From Escherichia phage vB_EcoS_HSE2, in the sequence record MG252615.1: a DNA stretch of 41,317 nucleotides. The stretch is one strand, 5' to 3'. Made by a program: the position numbers and the translations under genes. The stretch's first letter is position 1. Each line of letters begins with the position of its first letter. This document shows, piece after piece, positions 34,943 through 41,317 of the stretch. Below the pieces are notes generated by a model. That model made no database searches. It saw only the letters and a program-made list of their open reading frames with translations, and had not been told where the DNA came from.

Positions 34943-35149
34943 CTACTTCTCTTTCACGTTCGAGTTGCAAGCCCAGATTAAAATAAATACCCACGGCAGC
35001 AGAACCCAGCCAAGAAACAGGTTAGCCATGAATATAGCTAACTTCGCTTTATGGTTACGGAAGTACGCAACCAGGAAAGGTGCGAAATAAGCGAGCAGTG
35101 CAAACAGAATTAAGGAAACTGGTAAACTGGACATTTTAAACCCCTTCAT
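34943..35149 (-). CDS. Superinfection-immunity-like small membrane protein (Imm family-like)
   Basis: Two TM segments with R.H..KLAIF..NLFLGW...PW...LIWA, matching my recollection of the Imm-superinfection family consensus. Confidence 0.55.
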   Translation of the reverse strand: MKGFKMSSLPVSLILFALLAYFAPFLVAYFRNHKAKLAIFMANLFLGWVLLPWVFILIWACNSNVKEK

Positions 35150-35164
35150 TGTTGGTGTAAGTGA

Positions 35165-35193
35165 ATAGTACCCTATTATATTGGGGTGTGCAA
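35165..35193 (-). promoter_or_regulatory. Middle-class promoter driving the Imm/phosphoesterase/HNH cassette
   Basis: Minus strand TTGCAC-ACCCCAATATAATAGGG-TACTAT; transcription start only about 9 nt before the Imm ATG. Confidence 0.6.
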
Positions 35194-35301
35194 GTAATGT
35201 GATAGAATAATTTTGCGCCTAGTGTCGCACATGAAAAGCGGGTGGTTCCCGTCTGGCGCATTTACCATTAACCTGTAACCTCTTAACCAAAGGATTAAAG
35301 A

Positions 35302-35718
35302 ATGAAACTTTCTGATTTTTATTACGAAGCTGAGGCAGAAAAAGGCGCCCGTATGCCGATCCCACTGAAAGACGGCACCGATTCAGGGGAGTGGCTGAAC
35401 GTTGTTTCACCGGAGGCAGACGTTGCGGTTAAAGCCATGCGTGCATTTACCCTGGCGTACCGCGCGTCGTTAGGTAAACTGAAGCCGCTTCGTGATAAAT
35501 GCGAGGAACTGAAAGATTTCTCGGAATATAACATTAAGATGGAAGACGCCGCGACGGACCTTAACCGCCAGTTAGCACTTGAACTGGTTAACGGTTGGAG
35601 TCTCGACGATGAATTTAATAAAGAGAACCTGAATACTCTTTTTTCACAATATAAACGCCTCGCTGAACACGTTGTTGTTTTCCACAACGAACAGCTTCAC
35701 CAATTGCAGGAAAAGTAG
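35302..35718 (+). CDS. Tail assembly chaperone (G-like)
   Basis: Acidic 138-aa protein upstream of tape measure with overlapping downstream ORF in -1 frame. Confidence 0.5.
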   Translation: MKLSDFYYEAEAEKGARMPIPLKDGTDSGEWLNVVSPEADVAVKAMRAFTLAYRASLGKLKPLRDKCEELKDFSEYNIKMEDAATDLNRQLALELVNGWSLDDEFNKENLNTLFSQYKRLAEHVVVFHNEQLHQLQEK

Positions 35719-36083
35719 ACGCGTTGCTCCAGTTTGCCCGTTGGAACTTCATAGCCCGCCACAAACGGCGGGAGTTTGACAGTATTGCCGACGGGCATAA
35801 AGCCGCGCTAATTGCTATGGGGGTTATGCAAGATGCGCCGGAAGCAACGCAGGACACCGGGCCGGAATGCCCCCCTGAACTATTAACCACCTTCGAGAAG
35901 TACCGGGAAATCAAATTTACCCGCCGAGTGGATGACGATGGCATCAAGATGTACCCGCGCGAACAGTTAAGATGGTCGGATTTAGTGGCATACAGCACCG
36001 TTTCAGGCCAGAATATAGGCATGTTTGAATCTGACATCATCATGAGCTTAGACGCTATTTTCGAGGGTAGAAACGATGGCTGA
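35667..36083 (+). CDS. T-like extension reached by probable -1 frameshift from the chaperone (GT product)
   Basis: -1 frame open from 35667, overlapping the last 17 codons of the G-like ORF and ending at the tape-measure start. Confidence 0.4.
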   Translation, partial: TRCCFPQRTASPIAGKVDALLQFARWNFIARHKRREFDSIADGHKAALIAMGVMQDAPEATQDTGPECPPELLTTFEKYREIKFTRRVDDDGIKMYPREQLRWSDLVAYSTVSGQNIGMFESDIIMSLDAIFEGRNDG

Positions 36084-38412
36084 TGTAGCTAGTTTAGTTG
36101 TAAAAGTATCAGAGCAAGGCGCGAAAGCTACATCAGACCGTCTTGATAACCTTTCCAAGTCTGCAAAGGTAGCCGGAGCTGCGGTAGCGGGCCTCGCTTC
36201 CATCGTCGCCGCTACCGCTTACAAGGCCGCACAGGAACTGGTAGAATCCCAACGGCAACTGGACAAGATGTCCGCCAGCCTGAAAACACTAACCGGAAGC
36301 ACGCAGGGTGCAAGACAGGCGTTAAGCATCCTGCAAGACTTCGCGCGCGACACTCCGTATGGCCTTGAACAGGCGGTAGAGGGATTCCGTAAACTTGTGG
36401 CGCTTGGTCTTACACCGTCAGAAGAAGCGTTGCGTTCCTACGGAAACACCGCCGCTGCTATGGGTAAAGACCTGAATCAGATGATTGAGGCGGTTGCAGA
36501 CGCTAGTACTTTTGAATTTGAGCGCCTTAAAGAATTTGGTATCAAGGCCAAACAGAACAAAAACGATGTTGAATTTACATTCCAGGGTACTACTACGGTA
36601 GTTAAGAAGAGCGCTGCCGACATCGAGCAATACCTGCTCAACATCGGTAACGTAAACTTCGCGGGGGCTATGGCGGACCAGGCCAACACACTTAACGGGG
36701 CCATCGCCAGTGCCAGCGACTCATGGTCGCAGTTAAAAATGACACTGGCTACCAGTCTTGATGTTGGTGCGCTCGCCGAACCTATCCGATACATCGATGA
36801 TTTAATCCAGGAACTTAACGCACAGGTTGCATCCGGTGAACTTGCCGCAGAGATGCGTATGTGGGGTGACATCGCGTCGGAAGTAGGAAGCGCAATAGAG
36901 ATGTCATTCGACGCGGCATTTGGTTTCGTGGGTGATGCGATAAACGGGCTAAATGAGCTTTGGGATTTTAGCAGCAAAAGTATCACGGATAGCGGCGAAC
37001 AAACGGCGACAACCATAGCGGAATCAGCCGCCGATGCGCTCGATTTCATCGCGGAAGAATTTACCGCGATGGAGCGCTTCTTTGAGGATATGGTTAAAGG
37101 GGCGCAGGATGCCGGTCGGCTGGTTAAGGCCGCCTTCACACCAGGGGAATCCGTAGACGTAGCAAAAAATATTAACTTCCAGCTGGGGATGGCACTGGAT
37201 ACTCAGCGCGACGTTGCGGACCTGACACGTAAAAGTTTCCGCGAACAGGTGGAGGCTCAGCAAAATATCGTCGCGCTTAAACGCGCAGCGTATGACATCG
37301 ACAAAGAAGCCGCTAAGGAAGAAGGGCTTAGTAAATTTAAGGTAACTGGTACCGGCGGCGGATCTGAAGATGATAGCGCGGGTGCAAAAGCCGCTAAGAA
37401 AGCAGCGGATGCGTTCGAGCGCCAGAAGAAAGCCGCGGAGGATTTCTACTATCAGTCAATTCATCTCAATGATGACGTATTCCAGAAAATAGAAGCCAAC
37501 CAGGAACAGCAGTTAACCAAGCTACAGGAGTTTTACGGCAATCAGCTTCTTAGCGACCAGCAGTACGAAAACGCCAAGACGCAGATTATGCTGGAAGCGG
37601 ACACTGCTCGCCAGGAGGAACTCGCTAAACGAGAGAAAGAACGGCAGGAAAAGAACCAGAAAGGTGACGACTTCATGGCTCAGATTATGGGCCAGAACGC
37701 TACTGAGCTTGAGCTTCTCGACATCCAGGAACAGCAGAAACTGGCTGTAGCAGATAAATACCGCGAACAGGGTCTGATTAACGAGGAACAGTATCAGGCG
37801 GCGCTTAACGCCATCAACGAGCAGTACGCCACGAAACGTGCGGATGCTTTAGGTAGTTCTTTCGGTGACATGGCGGCTAACGCTAAAACAGCATTTGGCG
37901 AGGCGTCCACCGCGTATAAAGCGTTCGCTATTGCTCAGGCCACAATCGCCACGTACACATCGGCTATTGAGGCGTATAAGTCAACGGCTGCTATCCCTGT
38001 TGTCGGCCCATTCCTGGCTCCGGTTGCCGCGGCTACCGCCGTTGCTGCGGGGCTGGCTAATATCGCCAAAATCCGCTCGGCGCGTGAACAGGGCGGTCAG
38101 TTATCCGCGGGTCAGATGTCAACTATAGCGGAACGTGGTAAGCCAGAAGTTATCATGCCCGCGGGTGCATCGCGTGTGCGCACCGCGCAGCAGATGAAAG
38201 AAATCATGGGGCAAAACGGCGGCCAGTCCGGCGGTGATAACGTGACAATCGTCAACAACACCACCGGACGCGTTGATTCTGCCGTAACAGAACGTGACGA
38301 CGAAGGGCGGTTACGTATTATAATCAGTGAAACAGTAGCGTCGCAGTTACAGGATAACAACTCACCGATTTCTAAAGCTCGCCGCTCTACTCGCGGTCAG
38401 CCGGGGTACTAA
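36076..38412 (+). CDS. Tail tape measure protein
   Basis: 778 aa, Ala/Gln/Glu-rich helical repeats; canonical position. Confidence 0.85.
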   Translation: MADVASLVVKVSEQGAKATSDRLDNLSKSAKVAGAAVAGLASIVAATAYKAAQELVESQRQLDKMSASLKTLTGSTQGARQALSILQDFARDTPYGLEQAVEGFRKLVALGLTPSEEALRSYGNTAAAMGKDLNQMIEAVADASTFEFERLKEFGIKAKQNKNDVEFTFQGTTTVVKKSAADIEQYLLNIGNVNFAGAMADQANTLNGAIASASDSWSQLKMTLATSLDVGALAEPIRYIDDLIQELNAQVASGELAAEMRMWGDIASEVGSAIEMSFDAAFGFVGDAINGLNELWDFSSKSITDSGEQTATTIAESAADALDFIAEEFTAMERFFEDMVKGAQDAGRLVKAAFTPGESVDVAKNINFQLGMALDTQRDVADLTRKSFREQVEAQQNIVALKRAAYDIDKEAAKEEGLSKFKVTGTGGGSEDDSAGAKAAKKAADAFERQKKAAEDFYYQSIHLNDDVFQKIEANQEQQLTKLQEFYGNQLLSDQQYENAKTQIMLEADTARQEELAKREKERQEKNQKGDDFMAQIMGQNATELELLDIQEQQKLAVADKYREQGLINEEQYQAALNAINEQYATKRADALGSSFGDMAANAKTAFGEASTAYKAFAIAQATIATYTSAIEAYKSTAAIPVVGPFLAPVAAATAVAAGLANIAKIRSAREQGGQLSAGQMSTIAERGKPEVIMPAGASRVRTAQQMKEIMGQNGGQSGGDNVTIVNNTTGRVDSAVTERDDEGRLRIIISETVASQLQDNNSPISKARRSTRGQPGY

Positions 38413-38415
38413 TTA

Positions 38416-38910
38416 ATGAGCGATTTGAGATTCCCTATGTCCCTTCGCCCGATAGTGTCGAAGGGGTACTCCCAGACAAGGGGGAGTAATATCTGGCGCA
38501 CCGAGGTTCAGGGTGGCTTACCCCGGCAGGGGCGAGACACGTACTTTGAACCAGTGCCTATTAGTGTAACGCTTGTCGTGTCTTCTCTCGGGCGCCAGGC
38601 GTTTTATAGCTTCCTGAATCACATAGATGGCGGCGCATCGTCTTTCATAATGCCGCATGATACAGGTATGGGCATCGAGGACCACCAGGTACTCATCACA
38701 TCGACTATTAGTGACAGCACCGACGACGGCAAGAACTGGGTAATCTCGTTCACCGCAACAGCAGAACGCACAGCGATTCAGGAAGACACATGTCTTACGA
38801 AGAATCTGCCGGATTTGTTCGGCTGCTATGGGGATTGCTTAGGCGGATTCCTTAAAGCATACGGAACCGCGCAATCAACGTTTCCACGTATTTGGGACCC
38901 AATGCAATGA
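38416..38910 (+). CDS. Minor tail protein (lambda M-like)
   Basis: Gene order after tape measure. Confidence 0.55.
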   Translation: MSDLRFPMSLRPIVSKGYSQTRGSNIWRTEVQGGLPRQGRDTYFEPVPISVTLVVSSLGRQAFYSFLNHIDGGASSFIMPHDTGMGIEDHQVLITSTISDSTDDGKNWVISFTATAERTAIQEDTCLTKNLPDLFGCYGDCLGGFLKAYGTAQSTFPRIWDPMQ

Positions 38911-39422
38911 GCCAGGAATCAGTAGAAGCCGCATATCGTCGTAAACTGGCGTCTAACCCAGACGGCGAACTGGATTACATTACTCTTGAAATAACGCACC
39001 CGCTTCTCTCAAAGCGGTGGTTGCTCGTGCGCGGGACGTCTGACCTTACCGCTACGCTTGAGACTGGCGAAACCGTTACGTTCGAAGCAACCCCTATGGA
39101 CGCCAAGAACGCCGCGAACAATAATGACATGGACCAGACAGCTTCATTCTCACTGCCGGATGTTCTTAACATTCTCGATGAAGAGATGGACCGCATCCCC
39201 TACAGCAATACCGAGCTGCCTAAATTCATATTCCGCCGTTATGTAAGCACAGACCTGTCGTACCCGTGCGACGGCCCGGTGGTGTACGAGTTGCAGACGT
39301 TGACGCAAGAAAAAGGAGTGTTCACCGCAGAGACCGGAACGCCTATGCTCAACCAACGGCAGACAGGAATCCTGATGACGCCAGAAGAAATTCCGCTGCT
39401 GCGCGGGGTACTTTTGTCATGA
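38907..39422 (+). CDS. Minor tail protein (lambda L-like)
   Basis: Gene order; ATGA coupling. Confidence 0.55.
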   Translation: MSQESVEAAYRRKLASNPDGELDYITLEITHPLLSKRWLLVRGTSDLTATLETGETVTFEATPMDAKNAANNNDMDQTASFSLPDVLNILDEEMDRIPYSNTELPKFIFRRYVSTDLSYPCDGPVVYELQTLTQEKGVFTAETGTPMLNQRQTGILMTPEEIPLLRGVLLS

Positions 39423-39784
39423 GTATCACGGACTATACGGGTATCCCTTATGACTTCCGTCGTTACAATTGTTGGCATCACGTGCGCAGGGTACGCGGCG
39501 ATGTTGGCCTGCCTACGCCAACCTTCGATGTAACATCACCAACTGCGATAGCCTCGGCGTTTGACGCAGGGCACTCCGACCCGAAAGGTCTGGAACGCGC
39601 CACCAGTCCGCAGAATTATGACGCCGTGTTGCTGGGCACTTATCACAGATGGCGTGTAGTGTGGCACGCTGGCGTGTATTATGACGGTATGGTAAGCCAC
39701 TGCGAGTTGGCGTCCAGACAAGTGCGCCTTGACCGACTGGACGATTTACGTGACACATATCAGGAGATTGAATTTTGGCGATAG
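39419..39784 (+). CDS. Tail assembly protein (lambda K-like, NlpC/P60-type)
   Basis: Cys-His segment YNCWHHV; gene order between L-like and J-like. Confidence 0.5.
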   Translation: MSITDYTGIPYDFRRYNCWHHVRRVRGDVGLPTPTFDVTSPTAIASAFDAGHSDPKGLERATSPQNYDAVLLGTYHRWRVVWHAGVYYDGMVSHCELASRQVRLDRLDDLRDTYQEIEFWR

Positions 39785-41317
39785 TCATCCACTACACCCG
39801 CAACGAAGACGGGACATTCACACAAAAACGGCATAACGACTCGCCGCTGAATTTCGTCGTAAACCATATCCCTGATGGTGTGCCGTTCCGCGTTTTCCTC
39901 GAAGAGATAGGGGAGGATAACGACGTAACAGAAGATTTTGACGCATTAAAACAGGACGCCGTTTTTCACGTCCTGGAAGGTGCCGGCGGCGGTGTTATCA
40001 AAGGTGTGATGAAAGTGTTCAGCATAATCCTTAAACCGCTGGCTAAATTACTTACACCGTCAACGAAGGGTGCGTCTAACAATCTCGCTAACCAGCAAGC
40101 AGACTCCCCGAACAACAGTCTGACAGACAGGAATAACAAAGCTCGCCCATACGAGCGAACTTATGACATCTGCGGCCGCGTGCAGACGATACCCAATAAC
40201 CTTATGACCACTTATAAGGTTTTCGATAACGCAGGTCGTATCATCGAGTACGGCTACTATGATGCCGGTCGCGGGTATCTGGATGTTAAAGCAGAAGACA
40301 TCACCGACGGCGACACCAAAGTCCAGGAGATAACCGGAACTTCTGTTGCCGTGTATGCCCCGTACACATCACCCAATAACACAAGCTCCCCGCAAATTCT
40401 TGTCGGCGAACCTATCGGACAAGGGTTGTATATAACAATAGCGTCCAATGAAGTAGATGGTGTGGTTCTAAAAGCACCTAATGACCTGGCTAATAATGTT
40501 GGTAATTCTTCGCGTGCCAGACTTGTGGGGGCAACAGGGACCGTAACGGACCCTACAGGCGACTCGGCTTTTAATACATACATATCCCCGGGGGACCAGG
40601 CCACTTTTACGTGGATACGTCCGGAAGGTGGGGGTAACCTTGACGGAGTCTACACAGTATTAAGTGTGGACGAGTTCCAGATAACGGTAGATGCTTCACC
40701 AAAACTATCTGAGTGGCAGACCTTACCGGACCGCGGCGGCGGAATCCGCGAAGGGTACGTTACGGCAGATAAAGCGGCGACTATTGGCCCGACTGATACA
40801 TATAGCGCTAGCCTGACGGATTGGGTATCCCTTAACCGAATCCCGGTGGAACGTGTAGTTGCTAATTTCGCCGCCGCGAATGGGATGTTTAAGGATGACG
40901 GCAACAAACAAAGCGCATCGGCAACGATAGAAGTTCAGTACCAGCTAATTGGCGACGGCGGGGGTGCTTACGGCCCAATCTACACCAAACAGGGAACTAT
41001 TTCCGGCAGAAGCAGCGATTACACTGGGGTTACTGTCTACGCTGACCTTCCTGTTAAATCTAAGGTACGTGTTCGCTGCCGTCGTGTATCTGGCACTGAC
41101 CGCGACTTCTCCGGAACAGTGTCAGATGAAGTTTCGTACATAAATCTGTACGGGCAGTCTGTTGACCGAACCCCTCATTATGGCAACCGAACGACCGTGC
41201 ATTCCGCGCGCAAGCAGACGCCACGAGCCGCAGAGGTTAAGCAACCTCAGTTGCGCATGGTGGTAACGGAAATGGCGTACAAGTATCTTGGTAACGGTGT
41301 TTTTGACTCCGTAAGAA
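39775..41317 (+). CDS. Tail tip / host-specificity protein (J-like), N-terminal part; continues at 2..1093
   Basis: AGGAG 8 nt before TTG 39775; frame checked codon by codon to the window end with no stop. Confidence 0.6.
   Translation, partial: MAIVIHYTRNEDGTFTQKRHNDSPLNFVVNHIPDGVPFRVFLEEIGEDNDVTEDFDALKQDAVFHVLEGAGGGVIKGVMKVFSIILKPLAKLLTPSTKGASNNLANQQADSPNNSLTDRNNKARPYERTYDICGRVQTIPNNLMTTYKVFDNAGRIIEYGYYDAGRGYLDVKAEDITDGDTKVQEITGTSVAVYAPYTSPNNTSSPQILVGEPIGQGLYITIASNEVDGVVLKAPNDLANNVGNSSRARLVGATGTVTDPTGDSAFNTYISPGDQATFTWIRPEGGGNLDGVYTVLSVDEFQITVDASPKLSEWQTLPDRGGGIREGYVTADKAATIGPTDTYSASLTDWVSLNRIPVERVVANFAAANGMFKDDGNKQSASATIEVQYQLIGDGGGAYGPIYTKQGTISGRSSDYTGVTVYADLPVKSKVRVRCRRVSGTDRDFSGTVSDEVSYINLYGQSVDRTPHYGNRTTVHSARKQTPRAAEVKQPQLRMVVTEMAYKYLGNGVFDSVR
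41247..41317. repeat. Window-end overlap, copy 2 (identical to 1..71)
   Basis: Exact 71-nt identity with window start. Confidence 0.85.

Noticed and set aside
35667-35718. Canonical X-XXY-YYZ slippery heptamer for the G/GT frameshift
   Set aside because: None is present in the correct frame in the overlap; only the imperfect G-GAA-AAG was found, so the exact shift site is not asserted
36477-37139. Long antisense ORFs inside large genes (for example 36477..37139, 1243..1539, 31910..32560, 12505..12900)
   Set aside because: They lie entirely within well-supported genes on the opposite strand and have no start signals; treated as shadow ORFs
39775-40100. Separate lambda I-like tail assembly gene upstream of J
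   Set aside because: The frame is continuous from 39775 across the junction to 1093 with no stop, so a single fused ORF is reported; an N-terminal I-like domain cannot be confirmed by eye
1-41317. CRISPR array or other long tandem repeat array
   Set aside because: No regularly spaced direct repeats seen; the recurring motifs are promoter/operator and terminator modules scattered across the genome

Overview
The window is a complete, circularly permuted genome of a tailed dsDNA phage (siphovirus-type, lambda/T1-like tail module), most likely virulent and infecting an enterobacterial host (inferred from sigma70-type promoters and Shine-Dalgarno usage). Bases 1-71 are identical to 41247-41317, so the unit length is 41,246 bp, and one tail-tip ORF (J-like, about 854 aa) runs across the junction. 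Layout: J-like tail tip and tailspike (39775..3313 across the wrap); a leftward early/replication block (3527..14781, minus strand) with SF2 helicase, VRR-NUC nuclease, family A DNA polymerase, SSB-like protein, HNH-AP2 homing endonuclease, Cas4-like PD-(D/E)XK nuclease, primase-helicase and small regulators; a 550-bp noncoding control region (14815..15370); a rightward block of small middle genes plus holin/endolysin (15371..21255); then terminase, portal, head, spanins, capsid, connector and tail genes (21383..39784). Two leftward promoter-driven cassettes interrupt the structural genes: a lipoprotein cassette (26283..26849) and an Imm-like / HTH-metallophosphoesterase / HNH cassette (33063..35193). 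The most notable regulatory signal is a 14-bp palindrome AATAG(C/G)-NN-RCTATT sitting in the spacer of at least eight promoters, next to a small XRE-family HTH gene. All calls come from reading the sequence and ORF translations by eye; no database search or structure prediction was run.
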